Below, in pieces: positions 19,871 through 30,392 of a stretch of DNA of 64,000 nucleotides. The first letter of the stretch is position 1. Each line of letters opens with the position of its first letter. The stretch lies in IMG/VR virus record IMGVR_UViG_3300028549_000507, positions 108,040 to 172,039 of that record. One strand, written 5' to 3'. Below the pieces are notes generated by a model. It was not told the DNA's origin, did no database searches, and saw only the letters and a program-made list of their open reading frames with translations. Both the position numbers and the translations under genes were made by a program. The stretch is from a virus.

Positions 19871-20455
19871 TTACGCTCCCACTTCTTCTAATGAATCAAT
19901 TCGTTTACAATCATCTGAAATCAATATAGTCAGTTTTCCATAAATAAATGAATCCTCATCTATAGGAGACATTTCATTTCTAACTGCGTCTGTATTGATC
20001 TTTCTAACATCACCTTCTAGCATTTTCATGCGTTCTATAATCTTCATGGTATAGCTTTCCAGTATATTACTAACTTCATTAATAATATCGGAATTGCTAC
20101 TAAAATATATCATAAACCTAGATTTCAAGTGTGGACTCATAGAACCTATGACTTTAACAATTATACCTTGAAACTCTGGTTCGATTGGTGATGATATTTT
20201 CTTAAATACCGTTCTAGTTCCGGTATGATCTCTCTCCGAGAATAGTACAAGCTCGAGAACAGATCTTGTAATAATAGATAGTGCATAAGTTTTAAGTTCT
20301 TCATGCATTATGTTATACGTATAATTCTTTGGAAGATTTGTAAATCTTTTCAAATTATCAATATATCTACCTATAATAATGGATAAATACATAACAGATA
20401 CACTACAAACTAGTATAAAAATGCTTTGGAAAACAATCATTAATCCCTCACCCAT
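19871..20455 (-). CDS. membrane-anchored hypothetical protein
   Basis: 194 aa; N-terminal hydrophobic helix; overlaps the upstream gene. Confidence 0.7.
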   Translation of the reverse strand: MGEGLMIVFQSIFILVCSVSVMYLSIIIGRYIDNLKRFTNLPKNYTYNIMHEELKTYALSIITRSVLELVLFSERDHTGTRTVFKKISSPIEPEFQGIIVKVIGSMSPHLKSRFMIYFSSNSDIINEVSNILESYTMKIIERMKMLEGDVRKINTDAVRNEMSPIDEDSFIYGKLTILISDDCKRIDSLEEVGA

Positions 20456-21227
20456 TTAAAAGTACCGATCTCATTATAGGTAATATGAAGTTTATATAGT
20501 TTTGATCTATACAAACATCAATCCCCTCTTCTCCAGATAAATCCATATTACCATCAAAATAAACTATTTCATTATTCATTTTGACTCCTAATCGATTATC
20601 GTTCAAAATATCTTGATATATAGATATATCTTGACTATTAATATACGATTCTCGCATATGTTTAAGATTGTTGAATATCTTTGTTTCCCCTCGCTTTTGA
20701 CAACTCTCAATCAATCTCAAATGTTTACTTAGGAATTTTTGTAGGAATGGAGAGTTATTACTAACCTCTTCACCAACTCCTTTACAAACAATATTGCCAC
20801 TAATCATATCGAAAAATATAGTAGTTCTATTAAATCTATACATTGAACTGAACGATCCGTCTTTATTTCTAAACTTAACATTACCAAATTCAGTAAACAA
20901 GGGTATCTTATTGTAAACTACTATAGAATCTCTAGTTGTATATATTAAATTTGAAGCTTTTATCTTATTTTTAGTTATAAACATGTTAAGATATTTTAAC
21001 ATAAGAGCATTAACTTTACTTGACAATCCAGGCTCATCTCGCATCATCAAACCTATACGAATATTTCTTTCTTTTTTACTAAAAGTCATGAGTTCATTGT
21101 AAATAGTATCACCTTTTAATTCTCGTATAGCCGTCGATCCCGCAGATTGTATATCGTATTCGGATATATTACCACCAATTATAGTGTCAAATAAAGTGTT
21201 AACGTTAATCAACTTTTCAAGTATCAT
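20448..21227 (-). CDS. small family B polymerase palm-like protein
   Basis: 259 aa; EYDIQSAG (motif A-like), YTTRDSIVV (motif C-like), IVCKGV. Confidence 0.5.
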   Translation of the reverse strand: MILEKLINVNTLFDTIIGGNISEYDIQSAGSTAIRELKGDTIYNELMTFSKKERNIRIGLMMRDEPGLSSKVNALMLKYLNMFITKNKIKASNLIYTTRDSIVVYNKIPLFTEFGNVKFRNKDGSFSSMYRFNRTTIFFDMISGNIVCKGVGEEVSNNSPFLQKFLSKHLRLIESCQKRGETKIFNNLKHMRESYINSQDISIYQDILNDNRLGVKMNNEIVYFDGNMDLSGEEGIDVCIDQNYINFILPIMRSVLLNG

Positions 21228-21259
21228 AGTTAAACCTTATTTTTTATGAAACATAAATA

Positions 21260-21271
21260 CATTAGATTGTT
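21260..21271 (-). promoter_or_regulatory. late-type promoter AACA-N6-TG
   Basis: Minus strand AACA-ATCTAA-TG. Confidence 0.7.
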
Positions 21272-21289
21272 ACCTCAAACTTTATTAAA

Positions 21290-21319
21290 TAATAAGGAGG
21301 GAATGTTCCCTCCTTATTA
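21290..21319 (-). terminator. terminator hairpin
   Basis: TAATAAGGAGGGAA/TTCCCTCCTTATTA inverted repeat after 21331..22710. Confidence 0.75.
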
Positions 21320-21330
21320 TATATAGTCAT

Positions 21331-22710
21331 TTATACCGTTTCAGTAAACCATATTCTTTCAACAAGTGAAGAATTAAGTAAATTCTTATCAGGATATCTT
21401 GAAATATAATCCGTAAGAGGGTATTTAATAACACCTTTAGAGTGGATAGTATATTTTTCAAATGCTCCATCAATAAGAATCATATCTCCAACATTAATTT
21501 CTGGGAAATTGATGTGGAATGGATACGGGTAATTCTTACGACAATTGGTCTCTCTATGCAATTTAACGGTTTTATTAGGATTTAAGCTAGAAAACTTAAC
21601 TAATTTATAATCGTAAATTCCAGGAAGAAGACTTTCTAGATATTCAACAGTACTGGATTGTAGGTGGTTACCATATTCTCTCTTATAATCATCAATAACT
21701 TCAAGAAGTTTATTATAAGTTCCCAATAGTTCAACATTACCATTTTTACCAATACGATATGAAGTTCTAGGAAGAATAACTCCATTACATATTATGAAAG
21801 AATTTTCATCAACATCAGCTTCAAATGATAGTTCTGACAGGTAATCGAATCTAACCTTACTATTATTAAAATCAACCTCAACATCATTATGCATCTGGTA
21901 ATCACTACCATATGTATCAATTTTGAGGTTATTCCATTTGAATATTTTCAAATCGAATACATATCCTTTAAGCTCTTGAGAACTATTGAATACTACTGCC
22001 GCAGTATTATCACTGTGTCTGTTGAGTGTCGAATTAGGTTTGAATCCAATTCGTTCAGGATACATAATAGAAAGAGCGTTTCTAATAAATACAGTTTTAC
22101 TATCAAACCTTGTAGCACTAACAAACATTCCGTTAAGCCACACTAGAGTATTATCCAATCCTCCTAGGATTCTATCATCCTTAAGACCAACCTTAAGGTC
22201 TCTAGAACTCACAGGATCATCTGTCGTCGGATTATCGAAGTTTGAAAGTTTAGTATCTACAAGATTCTTATCCTTTTGAGATATTAGAATATTGTGAATA
22301 ACCGTATCAAACTTCAATCCATCAAATTCTCCAATATGAGAAACATTACCAACTGCATCAGTGTAGAATGCTTCTTTTATATCTTTTTCTTGAACTTTAT
22401 ACAAGTTTCTATTTGTAAAGATATTTTTATAGATATTCACATAGCTATTTGTAGTCGTTTTATACAATCCTAGGTCAACCCATTGGGTAAGTGTTCCATT
22501 GTTTATAATATCATAAGATTTATAATATTCTTTTACAATAGGATTTCTACCAAATGTAGTCTTTAATGCTATATACGAATGGATAGGACTAGAAGAAGGA
22601 GTATTGCTACTATAAGCAACAACACTCCCATCCAGAAATTCCAAGTATATGGCACCTTTAGGCATTGAATTTAAAAAAGGTTCAACTTTTTCATTCAATA
22701 TCTGGTGCAT
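21331..22710 (-). CDS. putative virion (baseplate/tail) protein
   Basis: 459 aa beta-rich; last gene of the late unit from 28440; repeated hxNG/hxDG turn motifs. Confidence 0.6.
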   Translation of the reverse strand: MHQILNEKVEPFLNSMPKGAIYLEFLDGSVVAYSSNTPSSSPIHSYIALKTTFGRNPIVKEYYKSYDIINNGTLTQWVDLGLYKTTTNSYVNIYKNIFTNRNLYKVQEKDIKEAFYTDAVGNVSHIGEFDGLKFDTVIHNILISQKDKNLVDTKLSNFDNPTTDDPVSSRDLKVGLKDDRILGGLDNTLVWLNGMFVSATRFDSKTVFIRNALSIMYPERIGFKPNSTLNRHSDNTAAVVFNSSQELKGYVFDLKIFKWNNLKIDTYGSDYQMHNDVEVDFNNSKVRFDYLSELSFEADVDENSFIICNGVILPRTSYRIGKNGNVELLGTYNKLLEVIDDYKREYGNHLQSSTVEYLESLLPGIYDYKLVKFSSLNPNKTVKLHRETNCRKNYPYPFHINFPEINVGDMILIDGAFEKYTIHSKGVIKYPLTDYISRYPDKNLLNSSLVERIWFTETV

Positions 22711-22728
22711 ATATCATCTCCTATATAA

Positions 22729-24318
22729 TTATTTCAAATGACATACGTAAAGTTTTGTAACAAACTTAGACCCATTATCACCAGGTTTGTAGAATTGTAC
22801 AAGAAGTGGAATATTCTTAGAAGCCATTTCTACCGTAGCAATGGCTGTATTCAAGGCAAACCCTGCTCCAGCGTCACCAATAGCTACACCATTTGCAATA
22901 AGTTTAGATCCAAGATTACCATACGGCAATGTATACACATCGAAGTGTGTAGGAACTTTTTCTATACCATTAACAGATACTTTAGCAAATGTCGCGAAAT
23001 CACTAATGCCATCGATCTTGTATACACCATTTGTGGTGGATATTTCTCCATAGATATTAGTCAATCCGCCCATAGCAATAACGTGTTTATTGGTACTAGT
23101 TTTACCAGTAAACGTATATGTCAAACGTTTATCAATAGTACCCATAACTCCGAGTTTGAAATCACTTATAATAGGAGTTGCCAAGTTATTAACAATTGCC
23201 GATGTAGAAGCATCCGCAACTTTACAAGATGTAACTTCATACGAATTACCATTATCATCGGTAGCCCAATATTTCTTAGAAATAGTTGTAACACTATTTG
23301 TATTTGGGGTGAAATATATTGGAGTTATAACCGGATTAGGTACAGTCAGATCGTCTATAACATGAAGTTTTACAGTCTTACTAACAAAATTAGTTCCAGC
23401 AGGATTATATGTAAATGTAAGTAAGAACGGATTATCGCCTGTAATACTTGTAGTATTAATGGTATCAATTCCGGCATTAGTGCCATTCACTTTTATAGTC
23501 AATTTACTTCCAAGAGTATTTGTAACATCAACAACTTGTCCGCCATTATATTTAGCCATAACCATAAATGTAATATCATTTATAGATGCACCTTTGAATA
23601 ATTTAGCATCACCATTAGCAGTTGTACTAGATGGAGTTACAAGGAGTTCAGTGATACCATCGCCAATATCGCCTCCAGCATAATAAAGCATATATTCAGC
23701 ATGGAATACATCTCTATCAATTAGACGCTTAGACTCATCATAGAATTCTACAATATATGTATCACCATCATTAAGAGTTTTATTTGGGAGAATAAAACCT
23801 GGATTAGGCTTCATAACAATCTGATTTGATGACGGAGTTGTTCCCATAGGAATAGGAGTTCCGCCAGAATTCAGAAGATATCCGCCCATAGATACGATAT
23901 TCGTAGTAACTACACCATTATCAATTACTCCTGTAATATACCCACTCCCATCACGAATTGCATAATACTTATACGTATGAGGGTATACCAAGTTCTTATT
24001 GAAATTAACAGTCTTATTTACATTATCAAAAAGAAAATAAGTCAATTCTTTACTAATCAAGCCTGCACTAGCATTGTCGATTACACCAGTATTTTCCAAT
24101 TGTCCAAGTAGATCGGTTACAGCTTTAGATTCACTAACGAACTCCCAAACTCCCGTATCTTTATAAACAATTCTACCAATAGAACCAGTACCTTCGTCAT
24201 CATATACAATTTCATTATCATAAGGAATTATCGCATCGACAGCCGTAAATAGGGATAAAGGCGTAACGATAAATACCGGTCTACCTCTTTTAGCGGGGTT
24301 AACACTATTCATTATCAA
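22729..24318 (-). CDS. putative virion structural protein with Ig-like region
   Basis: 529 aa, Thr/Gly/Val/Asn rich; AKYNGGQVVDVT resembles bacterial Ig-like repeats; ATGA-coupled to the upstream gene. Confidence 0.6.
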   Translation of the reverse strand: MIMNSVNPAKRGRPVFIVTPLSLFTAVDAIIPYDNEIVYDDEGTGSIGRIVYKDTGVWEFVSESKAVTDLLGQLENTGVIDNASAGLISKELTYFLFDNVNKTVNFNKNLVYPHTYKYYAIRDGSGYITGVIDNGVVTTNIVSMGGYLLNSGGTPIPMGTTPSSNQIVMKPNPGFILPNKTLNDGDTYIVEFYDESKRLIDRDVFHAEYMLYYAGGDIGDGITELLVTPSSTTANGDAKLFKGASINDITFMVMAKYNGGQVVDVTNTLGSKLTIKVNGTNAGIDTINTTSITGDNPFLLTFTYNPAGTNFVSKTVKLHVIDDLTVPNPVITPIYFTPNTNSVTTISKKYWATDDNGNSYEVTSCKVADASTSAIVNNLATPIISDFKLGVMGTIDKRLTYTFTGKTSTNKHVIAMGGLTNIYGEISTTNGVYKIDGISDFATFAKVSVNGIEKVPTHFDVYTLPYGNLGSKLIANGVAIGDAGAGFALNTAIATVEMASKNIPLLVQFYKPGDNGSKFVTKLYVCHLK

Positions 24319-27300
24319 TCTCCAGTCGCTTTAAATGTTGGACCTCTACCCACAATGATATCATCACCTTCAAATGTGACATCTGCTCTTATTGGTAGTA
24401 AGTCTCTTTTAAATATTCTATTGCTATGTTTAAACTCTTCATATCTTTCAAATCCGTCCTGTATACTCAGTTCGTTTTCTACACAACATTCTAAGAAATT
24501 TTTAACAGTTTCACCATAATCAAATCCACCATACGTTTCGCGCTTTGTAGATAATTCTATATTATTAATTATAGAATTTAACCAAGGTCGAAGTATAACA
24601 TCTCTATTAGTTTGACCTATATCTAAGAATATTTCAAGCTCATTTAATATATTCAAAGGGATATCTTCATAAGATTTCCACTGATGATTACATCTATCGC
24701 TTATAAAATATCTAAGGTATGCGTCTAAATATAGATTATATCTAGGGGATATATACTCAGATGATCTAATTCTATTAGGAGTTTTGTAATTTGAATCTAC
24801 ATATTTATCAAATGACTCATATAATGCATCACTTTCAAGTCTACCAAGACCATTAACCATACCTTTAAAATCTATATCATAATTACTAAAAGAGTGTTTT
24901 ATGAATTTCTCAAAGTTACTCTCATTATAGAATTCTATAAAAGGTGCTAGTTGCGTAAATGAAGCTCTCAAGTTAAATTCAACAAATACGTTTTGAAGAC
25001 TTACTTCCTCATCATACAATCTAATAAGTTTATCAGACAATCTGTTTATATACTTCGGGTTTATGGATTTATTATTAGCATAAACTCTAGTATATCTACT
25101 AGAATATGGAAATTTCATCTTACTCAAATATAAAAGTCCATACTTATTAGGACCAGTATCTTCTATATTCATTGAAGGATATTCGAAACTATTGGTATAT
25201 TCTGGCATGATTGCGATATTAATAATACTATCAGCTTCTAATTCTCTTTTGAAAATTATACAAGAACCTCTAATTGCACTTGTATTAAGTTGATGTTTTA
25301 TCATATAATCGATACCTTCGAACAACCGATATCCCTCACCCTCAACCGAAACAGAGAATGCCCCAGTATGTATAATTGGAACTTTAACATCGTGATATTC
25401 ATCATTGTAATAGAAAGATTCAATTCCGGCATATAAACCTTGAAATAATGATTCGTAAGTATCATTAAAATCTTTTACTTTAACTTGTAATAGTTTATGA
25501 TGTTTTAGGGAAGTGACGATTACCATATCAAGACGAGGATCATCTTTAAAAAACTTTTTTTCAAAGTTTATATAAATCTTACCATCACCACCGATAAGTC
25601 TCGGAGCCTCTGATCCTGGTATAATTCTAAAACCATACTCAGAGTCATCTATATAAATCCCAATAGGATCAAATTCCCGTTTCACAAGAGCAATAACTTT
25701 AAAGTCATCTATAGAATGTATTGAACCAAATGTATCCAATACAGCCATATATACATTATTATTTCCAAAGTTATCTACAAATTCAGATCCTTCTAGACGT
25801 TGTACTGGCACAATTTTATAAGATGAGTTGTAGTATATAGATGAACTCTCTATTATTACAACATCATTATCACAGCCAACTTTAAACCATTTCTTATCTA
25901 CATCAGTCGAATGATATCGCATATTATCATGAACTATAAACTCTTCAATAGAAGCAATCTTACCATTCACATCAATTATACGTATAACCTTTGTTCCAGA
26001 GTCATAAGTTATACTATGTCCAATTGTAACATGGTCAGCAATACCATCATAACAAGCAAGTTTTCTAACTTCTTCTGCGGCAAAGTAATCCATAAAATCG
26101 GAAATAAGATATCTACATTTATTCAATATCATTTGAATTCTCTGATTAACGTCTGGAACATTGTATAATTCTTTTAAGAATAGCATGAAATCCGCATAAT
26201 CGAATCCCTCACCCTCTATAACATTATTCATAATTCCGACAGGATCAACAATAGATAGCGGTTGGGTATCTTTTACTAAATTATTATATCTAGTAATGTA
26301 TTCTTCTAGATTAGAATTATTTGTATCATTCATAAGTAATGATGTAACGCCTCTAACACCTATCATATTATATATATAATAATCTTCATTATAGATCTTA
26401 ACATTTTCGGTTGAAATAATATCATTATCCGTAAATATGATACTATAAGTATCTCCAGCGGAGATAGACTCATTTAAACAATGATAATCAACTCTACCAA
26501 CTTGAGTTATGGACGAATTCTCTATTCTTAATCCGTTTTTGAAAAACATACAATTATCTACAGATATAGGACCGTATAATGGATCCATAAATTCAAGTTC
26601 ATCGGAATTTGAGTTATTATATCTACCTATACTGAATGGTATTTTATCAAGTGGGGCATCTATACTTCTTGTAGAAGAGTATTTTATAGATCTATCGATA
26701 AATATTTCAACATTACCAGATATAAGCTTATTGAAATTTACTCTATAAACCCAATTGGAAGATGATACTGTTGATATAATATTTCCGATATATATCCCAT
26801 CAACGAATGCAATTACGCTCATTTTTTCACTAGATATATTTCTATGAGAACCATATCCAAATTCTATAAATGATGAGTTATTACCCTTAACATATACACC
26901 CGCATAAGTATTATCTGTAAACTGTCTACGTTCAACAATTATATCAAATTTAGTAATACTGCTATTATTCTTAAATACTGGAAGAGATTTTGACAAAATT
27001 ATATTTGTACCACTCTTGCCAACGTAAAGAAGAACCTCGCTATCAGGAATCTTATATCCATTAACATAAACGAATAAACTATCCTTATTATTTCCAAATC
27101 TAACATTTGATCTATGAAAATCGGGAGTATCACAACCGCTCAATTTCATATTTGTAAATATATTAAACGCATCAAGTATACCATATCTATTTGTAGGCTG
27201 TTGCGGGATGGTTAATAATGGTCCATCCCCAACCTTACATGCCCCATTGAATATATAATTTTTACCAGATGGAGTAGTACAACTGGCTGTATCAAATTCA

Positions 27301-27416
27301 AAGTCCATGATTGATTTTATACTACTATCACCAAGTTCCAATCTAGAAGCTACGGCGATAGATTTCGTTAAAAGGTCATTGTATATTTCCAATGAACTTA
27401 CACCAGATCCAAACAT
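24315..27416 (-). CDS. large putative baseplate/virion protein
   Basis: 1033 aa; repeated VYVNG/FVDG/FKNG beta modules; AAGGAG SD. Confidence 0.6.
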   Translation of the reverse strand: MFGSGVSSLEIYNDLLTKSIAVASRLELGDSSIKSIMDFEFDTASCTTPSGKNYIFNGACKVGDGPLLTIPQQPTNRYGILDAFNIFTNMKLSGCDTPDFHRSNVRFGNNKDSLFVYVNGYKIPDSEVLLYVGKSGTNIILSKSLPVFKNNSSITKFDIIVERRQFTDNTYAGVYVKGNNSSFIEFGYGSHRNISSEKMSVIAFVDGIYIGNIISTVSSSNWVYRVNFNKLISGNVEIFIDRSIKYSSTRSIDAPLDKIPFSIGRYNNSNSDELEFMDPLYGPISVDNCMFFKNGLRIENSSITQVGRVDYHCLNESISAGDTYSIIFTDNDIISTENVKIYNEDYYIYNMIGVRGVTSLLMNDTNNSNLEEYITRYNNLVKDTQPLSIVDPVGIMNNVIEGEGFDYADFMLFLKELYNVPDVNQRIQMILNKCRYLISDFMDYFAAEEVRKLACYDGIADHVTIGHSITYDSGTKVIRIIDVNGKIASIEEFIVHDNMRYHSTDVDKKWFKVGCDNDVVIIESSSIYYNSSYKIVPVQRLEGSEFVDNFGNNNVYMAVLDTFGSIHSIDDFKVIALVKREFDPIGIYIDDSEYGFRIIPGSEAPRLIGGDGKIYINFEKKFFKDDPRLDMVIVTSLKHHKLLQVKVKDFNDTYESLFQGLYAGIESFYYNDEYHDVKVPIIHTGAFSVSVEGEGYRLFEGIDYMIKHQLNTSAIRGSCIIFKRELEADSIINIAIMPEYTNSFEYPSMNIEDTGPNKYGLLYLSKMKFPYSSRYTRVYANNKSINPKYINRLSDKLIRLYDEEVSLQNVFVEFNLRASFTQLAPFIEFYNESNFEKFIKHSFSNYDIDFKGMVNGLGRLESDALYESFDKYVDSNYKTPNRIRSSEYISPRYNLYLDAYLRYFISDRCNHQWKSYEDIPLNILNELEIFLDIGQTNRDVILRPWLNSIINNIELSTKRETYGGFDYGETVKNFLECCVENELSIQDGFERYEEFKHSNRIFKRDLLPIRADVTFEGDDIIVGRGPTFKATGD

Positions 27417-27425
27417 ATTTTCTCC

Positions 27426-28433
27426 TTACTTGGAGTTTGAGAATACTGTCAAAAGAGCATCCACAATATTATCAACCTGACTTTTAATAGCCTTTGAGAT
27501 AAATTTATCATTATAAAACCCAATAGGCACAGTTAGTATCATATTCATAAATGAGGTAGAATGTTCAATAGAAAACCATGAATTTGCACCATACATCTTC
27601 TGCCACAGGTTTGCAACAAGTCGAATATTGAATGTACCTTCACGAATATAATCACTAAACTCATAAGCATAAACTTCTAAGAATTCTGTAAGAGTTTCGA
27701 ACTGCAATTTACCTTCTCTAAGTAGCTTACAGTCGCCTTCAATACTAGCTCTATCAGATATTCTTGATGAGAATACTATATTTTTAGCATCTTCAATACT
27801 ATATCCGAAGAAAGTTTTCAAGCAAAATACTGCAGATAGGAATAGTGATACAGAGAATACATCAGAGTTTGCTGATATAGGGTATGCTCTATCGATACAT
27901 TTTGAAAAAAGTCTAGAATATGCTATAGCAGTATTCTTAACAATGACTCCAGATTTATCTATAATAGCTTCATTCTTCTTACAATTAGCATCAACATATG
28001 CGAATTGTAGAAGTGAATACAGTTCTACTTCTTTAATCTTGAGAGATTCTACATTTTTCATAGTATCTCTTGTATATCTCGCTCTAGAAGATAGATCAAC
28101 ATATCCCACAATACCTCCAGGAGTACTGAATGTGGGGATTGTTGTTGTAAGGATTATAGGTCTATCCTTCAAATCCTTAGGCTCTACAAGAAGAAGTGGT
28201 TTAATAGTTTCTTCTAATGCAGCCTTTACAATAAGTCTACTAAGCGGGTACTTATACGATCTCATAGCTTTTACCATGAAATCATAGTGTTTACTTTCTA
28301 TAGTATATTTATCTACACTCTGAGATATGTCAACAAGGGTTCGCATGAGTGACCCTTTGAAGCTTGCGTCCGCTAATTTGAATAGCTCACATGAACTTAA
28401 TTTATTCAAAACTTCCTCCAAATTTATTAACAT
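27426..28433 (-). CDS. hypothetical protein, first gene of a late structural unit
   Basis: 335 aa helical protein; ATG 7 nt after the predicted +1. Confidence 0.7.
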   Translation of the reverse strand: MLINLEEVLNKLSSCELFKLADASFKGSLMRTLVDISQSVDKYTIESKHYDFMVKAMRSYKYPLSRLIVKAALEETIKPLLLVEPKDLKDRPIILTTTIPTFSTPGGIVGYVDLSSRARYTRDTMKNVESLKIKEVELYSLLQFAYVDANCKKNEAIIDKSGVIVKNTAIAYSRLFSKCIDRAYPISANSDVFSVSLFLSAVFCLKTFFGYSIEDAKNIVFSSRISDRASIEGDCKLLREGKLQFETLTEFLEVYAYEFSDYIREGTFNIRLVANLWQKMYGANSWFSIEHSTSFMNMILTVPIGFYNDKFISKAIKSQVDNIVDALLTVFSNSK

Positions 28434-28439
28434 TTAAAT

Positions 28440-28451
28440 CATTCATATGTT
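28440..28451 (-). promoter_or_regulatory. late-type promoter AACA-N6-TG
   Basis: Minus strand AACA-TATGAA-TG. Confidence 0.7.
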
Positions 28452-28468
28452 CTTGGCGTCTATTTTAT

Positions 28469-28507
28469 AAAAAAAAATGGGTGAGGGTTGAACCCTCACC
28501 CATTTTT
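28469..28507 (-). terminator. intrinsic terminator
   Basis: AAAAATGGGTGAGGGTT/AACCCTCACCCATTTTT with long T-tract on minus strand. Confidence 0.85.
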
Positions 28508-28525
28508 CTCTTTTCACATTCTCCC

Positions 28526-30313
28526 CTAAGCGCCTAGAAACTCATTAAGGTTCCAGATATCTTCAGGATCATAGTTGAATGTCTTATTATTTTTATCAAG
28601 AGAATCATAGAAATCTCTTGAAGTTATAATTTTGGTTTTATCAACTTTACTTTCATTAATATGTTCAATTCTATCATAATTAACTTCTGTATCATTGAAA
28701 TATCCATCTACTTTACATTTCTTATCGATTTCTCGAACAGTTTTGATAGCGATGAATTTCTTATAATTGAATGGAAACTTAATACTACTTTGAATCTCAC
28801 TAAGAGGTTTGAACTTATGTTCACCAATAGCGATAGGCTTATACGCTTTATCAAAGAATGATCTTAAGAAACTGTATTCATCTTTAATAAGTGCCATATT
28901 AGAATTGTAATATCCACCAGATCTATCGAGGATAAGTTTAGAAGGTCTAAATCCTTCTTTAAATGCCTCGATAACACAGAGTTCTTTAGGAGCATATACA
29001 TTCAATACGTCTCCGTCAAAGTCTCCGTTAAATTCAACAAGTGAATTATGCTGGATAGTTAGAATATTATTTTTAGCATCTTTAAATACATCTGCTACTC
29101 TTAAGCACTGAATAGATCCTAGGTCGAAAGATGGGTTTCTGTTAACGATTACCCAGATTCCGTCATCTCGTCTATTATGTACAAGCTTATAAATAATATC
29201 AAAGATAAATGGATCAACCTCTTCAGAATACTTACATTTATTAACATACACTCGACATTCGGGCGTAGTCATATTTGCAAATATAGGGTTACCAATACCT
29301 TTAAGCATACAATTTATAATTTCAAGTTCAAACATTCCCATAAAACACTTATAAGACATTTTCACAGAATCAATGTCGTCTATATCTGTTTCGGAAACGA
29401 TAACCATTCGACTACTATACCAAACTCGACCAGAAATAATACTACTTCTAATCAACTTTTCCTTACCAATTAATCTAGAGATAGTCAACTCATAGATCTG
29501 CATAAGGTTTCTTTGGATAGTACCGAGTATCTCCATAGCTTTAATACCCACACGATCTCCTTTTTTAACCAATCTAATATTTGCAATAATCGATATAAGT
29601 ATCGCATTAATATTATGGAAATTGAAAGATACGTTTTTAGTGGAAATAAATCCTGGTCTATGGGCTGGACTCATTACATAAATCTTACTTGAAAAAGTAA
29701 TATTACGTCTATCCATAAGTATCTGATAAAGCTCTGGTTTGGTTGTTGACTGTTTGAAGTATTCCAATACTTCAACATATCGACGTTCAAATTCCATCAT
29801 ACCAATCCCTTTAAAAGGATTCGCGACATCCTTTTTGAATGTGTCGGGATCTGAAGTATCAAGGTGAATAATCTCATCGATTATAAATGAACGTTTTCTC
29901 TTACCAATGTAAGCTTTAATCTTGTGATAAATTGATGGAATGATTATTTTATATTCCAACAAGTCAATCCACCCTCTACGGAGTAACTCAACGGAATATT
30001 TAATCTCAACTACAGAAGAACAATCAGGGCACGTCTGACCTTCGTTATATCTTCCTATAAGTTTCCCACAATCACAAGAGTATTCGATAATTTTATTATC
30101 AGTTTCAACTGGAATATTGAATCTTGGGTCAAATACACTATTGTTATTCGGCTTCATGACGTTCTCTCGGATAACATCCGAACTTTCCATCATGATCGGA
30201 TTGCCCAATTCCAAGTCTTTTTGATATTCTCTTTCCCAGTCAGAATGATCCATTCTATAAACTGTTCGCGCTATAGAATAGTCGCGTCTAGTTAATTTAC
30301 TTAAGTCAATCAA
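28526..30313 (-). CDS. rpoC: RNA polymerase beta' subunit N-terminal half with catalytic motif, probably non-virion RNAP
   Basis: Zn ribbon CDCG...CPDC, GWIDL, GKEKLIR..IISGR..YSSRMVI, NRNPS, catalytic FNGDFDGD; TTG start with GGAGG SD. Confidence 0.93.
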   Translation of the reverse strand: MIDLSKLTRRDYSIARTVYRMDHSDWEREYQKDLELGNPIMMESSDVIRENVMKPNNNSVFDPRFNIPVETDNKIIEYSCDCGKLIGRYNEGQTCPDCSSVVEIKYSVELLRRGWIDLLEYKIIIPSIYHKIKAYIGKRKRSFIIDEIIHLDTSDPDTFKKDVANPFKGIGMMEFERRYVEVLEYFKQSTTKPELYQILMDRRNITFSSKIYVMSPAHRPGFISTKNVSFNFHNINAILISIIANIRLVKKGDRVGIKAMEILGTIQRNLMQIYELTISRLIGKEKLIRSSIISGRVWYSSRMVIVSETDIDDIDSVKMSYKCFMGMFELEIINCMLKGIGNPIFANMTTPECRVYVNKCKYSEEVDPFIFDIIYKLVHNRRDDGIWVIVNRNPSFDLGSIQCLRVADVFKDAKNNILTIQHNSLVEFNGDFDGDVLNVYAPKELCVIEAFKEGFRPSKLILDRSGGYYNSNMALIKDEYSFLRSFFDKAYKPIAIGEHKFKPLSEIQSSIKFPFNYKKFIAIKTVREIDKKCKVDGYFNDTEVNYDRIEHINESKVDKTKIITSRDFYDSLDKNNKTFNYDPEDIWNLNEFLGA

Positions 30314-30331
30314 ACTGCCCTCCGTTTATAT

Positions 30332-30366
30332 AAAAAGAAAAAGAGGTTCCCATAAAGGGAACCTCT
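30332..30366 (-). terminator. intrinsic terminator between GM-rich gene and beta' gene
   Basis: AGAGGTTCCC/GGGAACCTCT stem then TTTTCTTTTT on minus strand. Confidence 0.75.
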
Positions 30367-30392
30367 CTAAAATAGTAATGGTATCTAGGAAC

